Counted from the first letter of the stretch, positions 9,488 to 19,544 are shown. The stretch: DNA of 64,000 nucleotides from an uncultured Chloroflexia bacterium (GCA_963728205.1 CAVSIV010000006.1:736001-800000), one strand, 5' to 3'. Made by a program: numbers and translations. Notes: generated from the sequence alone by a model not told the origin.

Positions 9488-10273
9488 GTGACGACCTCTC
9501 CCGACCGGCCCACCCTCCGCATCGTCGGCTGGAACATCCGCGCCGGCGGCGGACGGCGCGCCGTCGCGATCGCCGACCAGCTCGCGCGCTGGTCCCCCGA
9601 CGTCGTCGCACTGAGCGAGTTCCGGGCCACCCCGCCGAGCGCCGCGCTCGCGGCCGCCCTCGCCGCCGCCGGCCTCGCGCATCAGCGCACCACCGCCGAC
9701 CCGCGCGACCCGCGCACGAACGCGCTGCTGCTCGCAGCGCGCTGGCCCGTACGCGCCGTCGGGCTGCAGCGCGCTCCGGCCGAGCCGCGGCGCTGGCTGC
9801 TCGCGCGCGTCGCCGCGCCCGCCGCTGCCGGCGGTCCGTTCGCGGTCGGCGCGCTGCACGCGCCGAACTTCGTGACCGGCCGCAAGCTGCCGTTCCTCGA
9901 CGCGCTGCACGACGTCGTCCGCGCGTGGCGCGGCGGCCCTGCGCTGCTGATCGGCGACACTAACACCGGCCGCAGCGGAGTCGACGAAGAGTCGCCGGTC
10001 TTCGACCGCCGTCACCACGACTGGATGGAGGCGATGCACGCGCGCTGGCCCGACGCCTTCCGGCACCACCACGGCGACGGCGCCCGCGCGTTCACCTGGT
10101 ACTCGCCGAACGCGGGAAACGGGTTCCGGCTGGACGAGGCGTTCCTCGAGCGCCGTCTCGCACGGCGCCTGCTCGACGTCCGCTACGCGTGGGGCGCGGA
10201 CGCGGCGCCGGCCGCCGCCCGGCGCGACGCGCTCAGCGACCACGCCGCGCTGATTGTCGACCTCGCCCGCTGA
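9488..10273 (+). CDS. endonuclease/exonuclease/phosphatase family protein (ExoIII-like)
   Basis: GWNIR, DVVALSE, GDTN, FTWYS, RLD, SDHAAL motifs. Confidence 0.85.
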   Translation: MTTSPDRPTLRIVGWNIRAGGGRRAVAIADQLARWSPDVVALSEFRATPPSAALAAALAAAGLAHQRTTADPRDPRTNALLLAARWPVRAVGLQRAPAEPRRWLLARVAAPAAAGGPFAVGALHAPNFVTGRKLPFLDALHDVVRAWRGGPALLIGDTNTGRSGVDEESPVFDRRHHDWMEAMHARWPDAFRHHHGDGARAFTWYSPNAGNGFRLDEAFLERRLARRLLDVRYAWGADAAPAAARRDALSDHAALIVDLAR

Positions 10274-10283
10274 CCCCTCCCCC

Positions 10284-10449
10284 AAGCGGCGGCAGACACG
10301 CCGCCGATATCGGCGGCGGCCGCGGCCGCCGATCCGCGGCAACGCACACCGGCGGCGTGGGCGCGGCGCCTGCGCCGGGTCTTGCCTGCTCGCTCCGGGA
10401 TCGGCGGCGGCCGCCGCCGGCCACATCGGCGGCGTGTCTGCCGCCGCTT
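10284..10449. repeat. REP-1 inverted doublet between convergent genes
   Basis: AAGCGGCGGCAGACACGCCGCCGAT at 10284-10308 and its exact reverse complement at 10425-10449. Confidence 0.9.
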
Positions 10450-10478
10450 GCGGCGGACGGGCGGCGCGCCCGACCGCC

Positions 10479-11456
10479 CTACTTCCGCGCCATCGCGGCC
10501 GCCGCGTCGAACGTCGCCTGGATCGAGCGGCGCATCACGGCGTCGACGTCGTCCTCGCTCGCGCCGTGCTCGCGCAGCCACGGCAGCTCCCACGTCGGCA
10601 CCGGCAGCCAGCAGTCGGGGTTCGCCGGCCGCGGGCCGCCGAAGCGCATGCACGGCGAGCCGTCGTGGCCCAGGCACGTCTGCTCGGCGTAGCCCGCCTG
10701 GATCAGCTCGAGCGCGAGGCCCGCGCGACGCTCCATCTCCTCCTCGCCGCGCATCGTCCCGAAGCGGTCGAGCCCGACGGTCGAGCCGCGCGCCGCCAGG
10801 CGCTTGAGGTAGTCGACGTCGTGCGAGTCGTTCGAGTGGCCGATGGTGACGGCGCGCAGGTCGAGGCCCTCGTCCTCGAAGATGTCGAGCAGCGGGGTGC
10901 CGAGCTCGTCGGTCGCGAGCGTGTGGCACGAGATCGGCACGCCGGCCGCCTTCGCCGCGCGGGCGGCGCCGCGCGCGCAGCGCTCGAGGTTCGCGCGCGG
11001 GCTGAAGCCCGGCGGGCCGTCGTTGAGCCGGTACTCGAGGTCCCACGCCAGCTTGATGATGCCGGGCTTGATGCTGGTGCCCTCGATGCCGTCGCGGAGC
11101 TCTCGCAGGAAGTGCTCGGCGACGTCGTCCGGGTCGCGGCCCATCAGGTACGCGGGCACCCAGCGGTAGACGCCGGTCGCGCACACGACGTGCACGCCGG
11201 TGTTGGCCTCGGCGACGCGCTGGAACAGCGCGATCTGCCGGCCGAGGTCGAACGGCGTGAGGTCGATCAGCGCGTCGATGCCGGCGGCCTTCACGCGCTT
11301 GAGCGCCTCGACGTTCGACGCGACGGCCTCGTCCGTGTCGAAGATCCAGGGCAGCCGCTCCATGCCGGCGGCGCCTGCCGTGAAGTGCTCGTGCGACAGC
11401 GTGCGGCCGAGCTGGCTGCTGTCGATCGGCCCGTTGATGGTCTGAACGGTGCTCAC
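10479..11456 (-). CDS. phosphotriesterase-family metallohydrolase
   Basis: VQTINGPI, TLSHEH, GIIKLA, ISCHT, IGHS, LGHD metal ligands. Confidence 0.9.
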   Translation of the reverse strand: MSTVQTINGPIDSSQLGRTLSHEHFTAGAAGMERLPWIFDTDEAVASNVEALKRVKAAGIDALIDLTPFDLGRQIALFQRVAEANTGVHVVCATGVYRWVPAYLMGRDPDDVAEHFLRELRDGIEGTSIKPGIIKLAWDLEYRLNDGPPGFSPRANLERCARGAARAAKAAGVPISCHTLATDELGTPLLDIFEDEGLDLRAVTIGHSNDSHDVDYLKRLAARGSTVGLDRFGTMRGEEEMERRAGLALELIQAGYAEQTCLGHDGSPCMRFGGPRPANPDCWLPVPTWELPWLREHGASEDDVDAVMRRSIQATFDAAAAMARK

Positions 11457-11546
11457 CGAGATCGCTCCCCCCGCGATGCAGGCCGGGCCGCGTCGATGCG
11501 CGGCCGTGCTGGCGTGCGCACTCTACGCCATGCATTTCCGCGCTCG

Positions 11547-11584
11547 TGGTGCGCGGTCCCGCGCTCGCGCGGGACCGCGCACCA
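11547..11584. repeat. perfect 18-bp inverted repeat
   Basis: TGGTGCGCGGTCCCGCGC-TC-GCGCGGGACCGCGCACCA in a divergent intergenic region. Confidence 0.8.
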
Positions 11585-11717
11585 ATCCTCCTCCGCGCAT
11601 GTCGGCTGACACCGGCACGCGCTCCGTCGGCGCGCGGTCGTCGTGATGCGGCTCGGCGGCATGCGCGCGGAGAGACGCCGTACTATGGCGCGCGCCGCAC
11701 ACGCGAGGGAGGCCCCG

Positions 11718-12623
11718 ATGTCCATCGACGAAGCGCTGCTCCGGCACCTCTACCGCTACGATCGCACGCTGCCGCTCCTGCCCACGAGCGAACCCGAGAC
11801 CGTGATCGACATGCGCACGATGGCGCCGGTCGAGTCGCTCGCGCGTGAGCGCGTGACGTTCGGCTCGACGCACGATCAGCGCGTGCTCGCCACCCTCACG
11901 ATGCCGGCGACGGGCGCGCCGTTCGCGGCGATCATCCTGCAGCACGGCTCGACGCCGATGGGCCGGCACTCCTGGCAGACGCGGCCCGCCGGCCCGCTGC
12001 ACGTCACGCTCGCGCAGGCCGGGTTCATGACGGTCGCCGTCGACGCCTACGGCTTCGGCTCGCGTGAGACGCCCGACGACCGCGGTCGCCTGCGCAGCGA
12101 CCGGCCCGACCTCCTCTTCCGCACACGCGACCAGCGCATGCAGGCGGTGCAGGATCTGATGCGCACCGTCGACCACCTGCAGACACGCGACGACGTTCGC
12201 GGCGATGCGATCGGCTACCTCGGCGTGTCGATGGGCTGCCGCATCGGCGTGCCGTTCTTCGCGCTCGACCCGCGGGTCGCCGCCGGCGCGTTCTTCGTCG
12301 GCGGCACCGCGCCGTACTCGCGCTTCGCGGTGCGCGGGACCGCGTTCGCCGACCTCGAGAGCGACGAGCGCCTGGCATTCGAGCTGACCGATCCGATCAC
12401 CTTCGCGCCGCTCACCGCCGGCCGTCCCGTGTTCATGGCGAACGGCCGGCGCGACGTGCTCGTCACGGAGGAGGGCGGCCGCGTGCTGCAGGCCGCGATG
12501 GGCGAGCCAAAGACGCTGCGCTGGTTCGAGGGCGGCCACGGCGAGTCGCCGCCGGAGCTGTTCGACGAGGCGCGCGACTTCCTCGCCGAGCACCTCGGCG
12601 CACGCGTAGCCGCCGGACGGTGA
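11718..12623 (+). CDS. alpha/beta hydrolase (acetylxylan esterase/dienelactone hydrolase-like)
   Basis: ILQHG, GYLGVSMG, NGRRD, FEGGH; GGGAGG RBS. Confidence 0.85.
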   Translation: MSIDEALLRHLYRYDRTLPLLPTSEPETVIDMRTMAPVESLARERVTFGSTHDQRVLATLTMPATGAPFAAIILQHGSTPMGRHSWQTRPAGPLHVTLAQAGFMTVAVDAYGFGSRETPDDRGRLRSDRPDLLFRTRDQRMQAVQDLMRTVDHLQTRDDVRGDAIGYLGVSMGCRIGVPFFALDPRVAAGAFFVGGTAPYSRFAVRGTAFADLESDERLAFELTDPITFAPLTAGRPVFMANGRRDVLVTEEGGRVLQAAMGEPKTLRWFEGGHGESPPELFDEARDFLAEHLGARVAAGR

Positions 12624-12659
12624 TCAACACGCACCGCCTCGCCACAATCGCCGCGTCGC

Positions 12660-12810
12660 AAGCGGCGGCAGACACGCCGCCGACCGCGGCGCTGCCGCAC
12701 GACCGCGCGCCGCGGCCCGCGCTCGCCCCCCTCAGCGGCGGCAGACACGCCGCCGACACCGAACGCGTCCTGGAGGGCGCGACCTGCCGGCGGCGTGTCT
12801 GCCGCCGCTG
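12660..12810. repeat. REP-1 cluster (three copies: +,+,-)
   Basis: Copies at 12660-12684 (+), 12733-12757 (+), 12786-12810 (-); the paired arms end in CCTCAG/CTGAGG. Confidence 0.9.
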
Positions 12811-12865
12811 AGGTTCACTCCGGACCCCGCCCGTCCCCGACGACCCGGCCACGAAGGAGCCCCCG

Positions 12866-13462
12866 ATGCCCGCACTCCAGTATTGCCCCCGCTGCGCCAC
12901 CACCCTCACCACGAAGCCCGACGGCGGCCGCGACCGCCTCGCCTGCCCCGACGATTCGTGCGGCTTCATCCACTACGGCGACTTCTCGATCGGCTGCGCC
13001 GGCGTCGTGATCCGCGACGGCCGCGCGCTGCTCGTGCAGCGCGGCATGCAGCCGTTCGCCGGCTCGTGGCAGATCCCCGGCGGCTACGTCGAGCACGACG
13101 AGCCGCTCACGCTCGCGGTCGAGCGGGAGGTGCTCGAGGAGGCGAACATCGAGGCGAAGGTGCGCGACGTGATCGCGTTCCGCCACTCGATCGGCGGCTC
13201 GATCGGCGGGCCGAGCACGAACCTCTACGTCGTCTTCCGCCTCGACCCCGTTTCCGGCGAGCCGCAGGCCGACGGCGACGAGGTCCGCGAAGCCGGGTTC
13301 TTCACGCTCGACGAGATGGCGCAGATGGAGGCCGTGCAGGGGCTGTCGCGCTGGGCGATCGAGAAGGCCCTCGCGACCCCGACGGACGGCGGGCTCCAGC
13401 TCGACTCCGGCGCGATGGGGAGCGTGCGTCCCGGCTGGCAGCTGTTCGGTCTGCCGCACTGA
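12866..13462 (+). CDS. NUDIX hydrolase with N-terminal zinc ribbon
   Basis: YCPRC...CPDDSCGFIHY; Nudix box PGGYVEHDEPLTLAVEREVLEEAN; AAGGAG RBS. Confidence 0.9.
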   Translation: MPALQYCPRCATTLTTKPDGGRDRLACPDDSCGFIHYGDFSIGCAGVVIRDGRALLVQRGMQPFAGSWQIPGGYVEHDEPLTLAVEREVLEEANIEAKVRDVIAFRHSIGGSIGGPSTNLYVVFRLDPVSGEPQADGDEVREAGFFTLDEMAQMEAVQGLSRWAIEKALATPTDGGLQLDSGAMGSVRPGWQLFGLPH

Positions 13463-13606
13463 GCCGCCAGGCGCCGGGAGGGGTCCGCCCGGGTAGCCAC
13501 GGGTACCCCCGGGGTGTATTCTGCCTCGACGAACTCTTCCGTGAACGTAATGGTCACGGTTGGCCTGTCTGAACCGCGCGTTGCGCCCCACCGAGCGGAG
13601 CCTCCC

Positions 13607-15064
13607 GTGAGCATCACGCCACCCCCGTCGCGACGGGCCGATGATGAGAGCGATCCTCGCGGACACACGGGCCTGACCGGCGCACGAAACGGCGAGACGC
13701 ACCTCAACGGTGCGATGAATGGGCGACACAGCGCGGTCGCCGAGCCGCCCCCGCCGCCGCCCTCAGCTGCCCCGATCGCGACCGAGAGCGGCCGTCGCGG
13801 CGCACCGCCGTCACGCGGCCGCGCCGTCGCGGCGAACATGTTCGACTCGCTGTCGCACACCGGCTTCCGCTGGTTCTTCGGCGCGATGATGGGCCAGATG
13901 GCCTCGATGAACATGCAGATGCTCGTCCGGGGCTACCTCGTCTATCAGATCACCGGCTCGTACGCAGACCTCGGCGTCGTCTCGCTCGCGTCGGCCGCGC
14001 CGATGATCCTGCTCTCGCTCCACGGCGGCGTGATCGCCGATCGCGTGCCCTGGAAGAAGTACGTGGTGATGGGGGGCCAGTTCCTCAGCGCGATGAACGC
14101 GCTGTGGATCGCCCTCCTCCTCGTGGTGGGAGTGCTCTCGTTCCCGGCGCTGCTCGTGGCCGCCGTCCTCCAGGGCGTGATCCAGGCGCTGATGATGCCG
14201 GCGCGCCAGGCGATGATCCCCGAGGTCGTCGGGATGCGGCGGCTGATGAACGCCGTCGCGCTGAACTCGGCGGGCATGAACTCGATGCGCCTGATCGCCC
14301 CGGCGATCGGCGGGTTCCTGCTCGCGCTCTGGAACCCGTCCTGGGTCTACTTCATCATGACCGCCGGCTACCTCTGGGCGACGGTGCTGCTGATCAAGGT
14401 GCCGAAGGAGCCCGACCCCGCCTTCTACGACGACCGCCAGGGCGGCACGCCACGCGGCGGCCGGCGCCACGAGCCGGGCGGCCTGTTCGACGGCATCCGC
14501 TACATCATGCACGAGCCGACGCTCCGCATGATCCTCGGCGTGAACGTGCTGCTGATCCTGATGTCGATGCCCTACGTCTTCCTGCTGCCCGGCTTCGTCG
14601 AGAGCGTGCTGCACGAGGGCCCGGACAAGCTCGGACTCTTGCTCAGCTTCACCGGCGGCGGATCGCTCGTCGGCGCGCTCGTGATCGCCGCGCTGCCGCC
14701 GAAGCGGCGAGGCATGCTCTTCCTCCTCTCGTCGCTCTTCCAGGGCATCATGCTGATCGTCTTCTCGTGGTCCACGTGGTTCTGGATCACGGCGCCGGTC
14801 ATGGCGCTGATGGGCATCGGACAGGCGGGACGGCAGTCGTTCAGCAACGTCCTCGTCCAGTCGTACACGGACGACGAGCACCGCGGGCGCGTGATGAGCG
14901 TCTACATGTGGCAGTTCGGCCTGACGTCGCTCGGGACCTTCATCGTCGGCGTCATGGCGTCGCTGATCGGCGCGCAGCTGGCGCTGGGCGGCACGTCCGT
15001 CGCGATGGTGGTCATCGCGCTGGCCGTGCTCGCGTTCTCGCCGCGCATGCGCAACCTCGACTAG
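13607..15064 (+). CDS. MFS transporter
   Basis: About 12 hydrophobic segments; GGVIADR, PARQAMIPEVVG, RGRVMS; start uncertain (13607 or 13838). Confidence 0.88.
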   Translation: MSITPPPSRRADDESDPRGHTGLTGARNGETHLNGAMNGRHSAVAEPPPPPPSAAPIATESGRRGAPPSRGRAVAANMFDSLSHTGFRWFFGAMMGQMASMNMQMLVRGYLVYQITGSYADLGVVSLASAAPMILLSLHGGVIADRVPWKKYVVMGGQFLSAMNALWIALLLVVGVLSFPALLVAAVLQGVIQALMMPARQAMIPEVVGMRRLMNAVALNSAGMNSMRLIAPAIGGFLLALWNPSWVYFIMTAGYLWATVLLIKVPKEPDPAFYDDRQGGTPRGGRRHEPGGLFDGIRYIMHEPTLRMILGVNVLLILMSMPYVFLLPGFVESVLHEGPDKLGLLLSFTGGGSLVGALVIAALPPKRRGMLFLLSSLFQGIMLIVFSWSTWFWITAPVMALMGIGQAGRQSFSNVLVQSYTDDEHRGRVMSVYMWQFGLTSLGTFIVGVMASLIGAQLALGGTSVAMVVIALAVLAFSPRMRNLD

Positions 15065-15130
15065 CACCGGCCCCGCCGGTTCCGGCGTCCGTTCGCGGCG
15101 AGTGGACGGGCCTCGCGCGCGCGTAGGAAC

Positions 15131-16819
15131 ATGCGGCGCGTGAACGGGTTCGCAGCGCAAGAGCGAAGCGGCAGCTGGCGCTGGGCGATCCCCGCGCTGC
15201 TCCTCGTCGCACCCTTCGCCCTCTGGCCCATCGGCGCGCTCGCCTGGCGCGCCGCGTCGCCCGGGGGCGCGCTCTCCGCGAGCGTCGTCGCCGACATGGC
15301 GCGCAGTCGCTTCTACTGGGGCCGGCTCGGGTACACGACGCTCGAGGCGACGGCCTCGCTCGCGCTCGCACTCGTCGTGGGGCTGCCCACGGCCTACGTC
15401 TGCTCGCGGCTGCGCTTCCCGCTGCGCAGCCTGCTCCGGCTGCTCGCGACGCTGCCACTCCTCGTACCGACGCTCGTCATCGCCCTCGCCTTCCGCCAGG
15501 TGCTCGCGCCGGGCGGGTGGCTGAACGACGTCCTCGCGGGGCTCGGGCTGGCCCCCGTCCACGCGGCCGGCGCGTTCTGGCCGATCCTCGCGGCGCACAC
15601 GATGTACGGCGTCGCCGTGGTCGCGGCGCTCGTCGGCAACGCCTGGGCGTCCGTCGACGTGCGTGCCGAGGAGGACGCGGCGCTGCTCGGCGCCGACCCG
15701 CGCGGCGTCTTCCGGCACACGACGCTGCCCGCGCTGATGCCGGCGCTGCGGCTCGCATCCGCCATCGTCTTCGTGTTCGCGTTCACGTCCTTCGCGATCG
15801 TGCTGGTGCTCGGGCGGCCGGGCCTGGACACGCTCGAGGTCGTGATCTTCCGCGCGGCGCTCGCCGAGACACGGCTGCCGCAGGCCGCGGTGCTCGTGAT
15901 CGTCCAGGTCGCGGCGACGACGCTCGCGCTGCTCGCGTTCGGCGCGGGCGGCGATTCCGAGCGCGGCGCGCTCCCCGTCGGCACCGGCGGTCACGACGTG
16001 CCGCCCCTGCGCGAGGCGAGCTGGCAGCAGCGGGCGCTCGTGCTCGCCGTCGTCGCCGCGATCGCGCTGCTCACGCTCGCGCCGCTCGCGGCGCTCGTCG
16101 CCGGCGCGCTCAGGACCGGCGCCGCCGGCGGCGTCACGGCCGCGCACTTCCGCCATCTCGTCGACCACGCGGATGCCGCCGGCGTCGCGCCGCTCGACGC
16201 GCTCCGCTGGAGCGCGACCTTCGCCGCCGGCGTCGGCCTGCTCGCCATGATCGCCGGCACCGCCGGCGCGCTGGCCGTCGCTCGGTCGCGCGGGGCGGGG
16301 GGCGTGCTGCTCCGCGCCGTGCTGCGCCTGCCGCTCGCGGTGCCGGCGGTCGGGCTCGCGCTCGCGTTCCTGCTCACGTTCCACCACGGGTGGAACGACC
16401 TGCGCGGGTCGCCCTGGCTCGTGCTGGCAGCGCACACGGTGATCGCCTATCCGATCGTGCTGCGCGTCGTGCTCGGCGCGCCGCGTGCCGACACCGCGCA
16501 CCTCGCCGACGCCGCACGCATGCTCGGCGCGTCGGGCTGGACCGTGTGGCGCGCCGTGCGGCTGCCGCCGGTGCGCCGCGCGATGCTCGTCGGCGCGCTG
16601 CTCGCCGCCGGGCTGTCGCTCGGCGAGTTCGGCGCCACATCGCTGCTGCAGCGCCCCGCCTTCGCCACCGCGCCGATCGCGATCTACGGCGCGCTCGTCC
16701 AGCCCGGCTCCGACGCGCTGGGGCGCGCGCTCGCCCTCTCGACCATCCTGCTCGCCGCCGCCGCCGCGCTCTTCCTCGCGGTGGAGCTCGCGCGCCGGCG
16801 CGACGCGAGGCCACGCTGA
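15131..16819 (+). CDS. ABC transporter permease, two-module ThiP/FbpB type
   Basis: Duplicated TM modules, EAA-like loops AEEDAALLGA and LADAARMLGA, SLGEFGAT. Confidence 0.85.
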   Translation: MRRVNGFAAQERSGSWRWAIPALLLVAPFALWPIGALAWRAASPGGALSASVVADMARSRFYWGRLGYTTLEATASLALALVVGLPTAYVCSRLRFPLRSLLRLLATLPLLVPTLVIALAFRQVLAPGGWLNDVLAGLGLAPVHAAGAFWPILAAHTMYGVAVVAALVGNAWASVDVRAEEDAALLGADPRGVFRHTTLPALMPALRLASAIVFVFAFTSFAIVLVLGRPGLDTLEVVIFRAALAETRLPQAAVLVIVQVAATTLALLAFGAGGDSERGALPVGTGGHDVPPLREASWQQRALVLAVVAAIALLTLAPLAALVAGALRTGAAGGVTAAHFRHLVDHADAAGVAPLDALRWSATFAAGVGLLAMIAGTAGALAVARSRGAGGVLLRAVLRLPLAVPAVGLALAFLLTFHHGWNDLRGSPWLVLAAHTVIAYPIVLRVVLGAPRADTAHLADAARMLGASGWTVWRAVRLPPVRRAMLVGALLAAGLSLGEFGATSLLQRPAFATAPIAIYGALVQPGSDALGRALALSTILLAAAAALFLAVELARRRDARPR

Positions 16820-18270
16820 TGTCGCGCCTCGAGGTCCGCTCGCTCTCGCGCTTCGACCCCGACCGCGCGACCGTGATCGAAGAGGTGTCGTTCGGCGTCG
16901 AGGAGGGCCGCATCTGCGCCATCGTCGGCCCGCCCGGCTGCGGGTCCACGTCGACCCTGCGCCAGGTGGCGGGTCTCGACCGGCCGGACGCCGGCGACGT
17001 GCTGCTCGGCGAGCGCACACTCGCGCCGATCCCGCCCCACCGGCGCGGCATCGGCATGGTTACCACCGACGTGGCGCTGTTCCCCGACCTCGACGTGCGC
17101 CGCAACGTCGAGTTCGGCCTGCGCATGCGGCGCTGGCCGCGCGGCAACCGCGAACAGCGCGCCGCCGCGATGCTCGCGCGCTTCGGCCTCTGGCCGCTCG
17201 CCGCGCGACGCGTCGACACGCTGTCCCCCGTCGAGCGCCTGCGCGTCGCGCTCGCGCGCGCGCTGGCGCCGCAGCCGGCGCTGCTGCTGCTCGACGCCCC
17301 GCTCGCGGCGATCGACGAAGCACACCGCGCCGCCGTGCGGACGGAGCTCGCCGACGCGCTGCGCGCGGCGGAGACGACGACGGTCGTCGCCACGCACGAC
17401 CTGCGCGACGCGATCGCGATCGCCGACGACATCGTCGTCATGGACGAGGGCCGCGTCCTGCAGAGCGGCCCGCTGGCCCGCGTGCTCGCAAGCCCCGGCT
17501 CCGTGCGAGTCGCGGCACTGGTCGGCTACGAGACGCTGATCTCCGGCGAGGTGCTCGACGGCCGCGTGGTCGAGGAGGGCGTCGGCGCGATGCGCGTGCC
17601 CGACGGCTTCCCGCTCGAGCACGCGGCGGTGGTCCTGGCGCACCCGTCGACACTGCTGGGCGTGCCGCCGGGGCTCAACCTCGGCAGCGGCGTGAGCGGC
17701 ACCGTCGCAGCGGTGCACCCGCAGGGGCCGATGCACCTGCTCGAGCTCGAGGTCGGCGAACGCCGGCTCGAGGTGCGCTGGGAGTGGGACCTGCGGCCGC
17801 CGGCGCTCGGAACGCAGCTCGAGGTGGTGGCACGCCCCGGCACCCTGCGCTACTTCAACGCGCCGTGGCCGCCCGTCCCGCCCACGCGCGCGCCCGAGCC
17901 GGAACCGGAACCCGCCGCGGCCGAAGGCGAGGACGACGAGGAGCCGGAGGAGGCGATGTCGACGCCGGAGCCCGCCAGCGACGAGGAGGCGGGCCCGCCG
18001 TCCACGGAGCCGCCGTCCGCGGCCCCGCCGTCCGCGGCCCCGCCGTCCGCGGCCCCGCCGTCCGCGGCCGCGCCGTCCGCGGAGCCGCCGTCCGCGGAGC
18101 CGCCCCGCGAGACTACCGCCGACCGCGACGCCAGCCCGCCCGCGTCGGCGGTGCCGCCCGCCCGGCGCGGCGAACCCGCGCCGGAGCGAGGGCAGCACGG
18201 GACTCGCGTCCCGCCGCCGTCCGCGACACCGCCGAGCCCGCGCCATCCGAGCATGCCCACTTTCGACTGA
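16819..18270 (+). CDS. ABC transporter ATP-binding-fold protein with degenerate catalytic motifs, TOBE-like region and Pro/acidic tail
   Basis: NBD layout intact but motifs read GPPGCGST, LSPVE, LLLLDAP; start overlaps permease stop (TGATG). Confidence 0.8.
   Translation: MSRLEVRSLSRFDPDRATVIEEVSFGVEEGRICAIVGPPGCGSTSTLRQVAGLDRPDAGDVLLGERTLAPIPPHRRGIGMVTTDVALFPDLDVRRNVEFGLRMRRWPRGNREQRAAAMLARFGLWPLAARRVDTLSPVERLRVALARALAPQPALLLLDAPLAAIDEAHRAAVRTELADALRAAETTTVVATHDLRDAIAIADDIVVMDEGRVLQSGPLARVLASPGSVRVAALVGYETLISGEVLDGRVVEEGVGAMRVPDGFPLEHAAVVLAHPSTLLGVPPGLNLGSGVSGTVAAVHPQGPMHLLELEVGERRLEVRWEWDLRPPALGTQLEVVARPGTLRYFNAPWPPVPPTRAPEPEPEPAAAEGEDDEEPEEAMSTPEPASDEEAGPPSTEPPSAAPPSAAPPSAAPPSAAAPSAEPPSAEPPRETTADRDASPPASAVPPARRGEPAPERGQHGTRVPPPSATPPSPRHPSMPTFD
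17995..18099 (+). repeat. 7 x 15-bp intragenic tandem repeat (PPSAA/PPSAE)
   Basis: CCGCCGTCCGCGG(CC/AG) units, in frame. Confidence 0.8.
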
Positions 18271-18316
18271 CGAGAATCTCGACGGGCGCTGGCGCGCCCG
18301 ATTACGCTGGCTCGCG

Positions 18317-18847
18317 ATGCAACCACCAGCCGTCGATGCGCTGATCCGTCGAGACCCCGAGGCGCGCGCCCTGCGCGCGCTCGCGCGCGCCGTCGAGCGA
18401 CTCCCGAGCCACCGCCACCCCGAGGACGCCCTGCAGATCGTCGTCGATCTCGCGCGCTCGCTGACGCACGCGACCTACGGCGCGCTTGCCGTGACCGACG
18501 AGCACGACCGCACCCAGGGCTTCGTGGTCTCCGGCGTCGACCCCGAGCGCATGCGCAGGCTGCGCACGCCGCCGCAGGGCCACGGGCCGCTCGGCTCGCT
18601 CCGCGAGGACGGCCGACCCGTCCGCTACGACGACGTCCGCCTGCACGCCAGGGCGTTCGGGTTCCCGCCACACCACCCCGAGATGCAGCGCATGCTCGGC
18701 GTCGCGCTGTGGGCGTTCGGCGAGGTGCGCGGCTCGCTCTACGTGACCGACCGCCGGGACGACAATCCGTTCGACGACGGCGACGAGCTCGTCGTCGTCA
18801 CGCTGGCGCGGCACGCGGGCCACGTCATCGAGACGGAGTGGTACTAG
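18317..18847 (+). CDS. stand-alone GAF domain protein (DosS/DevS GAF-A-like)
   Basis: YGALAV, GHGPLGSL, FGFPPHHPEMQRMLGV, GSLYVTD. Confidence 0.8.
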   Translation: MQPPAVDALIRRDPEARALRALARAVERLPSHRHPEDALQIVVDLARSLTHATYGALAVTDEHDRTQGFVVSGVDPERMRRLRTPPQGHGPLGSLREDGRPVRYDDVRLHARAFGFPPHHPEMQRMLGVALWAFGEVRGSLYVTDRRDDNPFDDGDELVVVTLARHAGHVIETEWY

Positions 18848-18872
18848 CGCGCGGCGAGGGCGAGAGCGGTGG

Positions 18873-19544
18873 CTACTTCGCCACGTACCGGTCGAACCAC
18901 TCGATCGACTTCAGCCACGAGTCCATCGCCGCCGGCTCGTTGTACGACGGACGCGTGTCGTTGAAGAACGAGTGGCCCGCGCCGGGGTAGATCGTGACGT
19001 CGCTCGGGACGCCCGACTCCTTGAGGGTGTCGCGCAGCATCTCGACCTGCGGGACCGGGATGCCCTGGTCCTCCTCGCCGTAGGAACCGAGCACCGGCAC
19101 CTTGATGCCGGCGATCTGCTCCTTCGCCGGCATGCCGCCGCCGTAGTAGACGTGCACCGCGTCGACGTTCGAGGTCGGCCGGATCGCGGTGGCGAGCGCG
19201 AGGCCGCCGCCCATGCAGTAGCCGACGCACCCGGCCTTCGCGACGCCGCGCTCGTCCTTCAGCCATGCGATCGCGGCGTCAATCTCGCGCGAGGCGACGT
19301 CGCGCTCCATGGACATCGCAAGCTTGCGCGCCTCGTCCGGCTCGCTGGCGACCTGGCCGTGGTAGAGGTCGGGCGCGAAGGCGAGGTAGCCCTCGACGGC
19401 GTAGCGATCGGCGATCTCCTTGATGTCGGGGGTGAGTCCCCACCACTCCTGGATCACGACGAGGCCGCCCTTCGGCGTGCCGTCGGGCTCGGAGAGGTAG
19501 CCGCTCACCTTGACGCCGTTGTGCTCAATGTCGATATCGGGCAT
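18873..19544 (-). CDS. dienelactone hydrolase family protein
   Basis: IQEWWGL, APDLYHG, GYCMGG, YPGAGHSF. Confidence 0.92.
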   Translation of the reverse strand: MPDIDIEHNGVKVSGYLSEPDGTPKGGLVVIQEWWGLTPDIKEIADRYAVEGYLAFAPDLYHGQVASEPDEARKLAMSMERDVASREIDAAIAWLKDERGVAKAGCVGYCMGGGLALATAIRPTSNVDAVHVYYGGGMPAKEQIAGIKVPVLGSYGEEDQGIPVPQVEMLRDTLKESGVPSDVTIYPGAGHSFFNDTRPSYNEPAAMDSWLKSIEWFDRYVAK

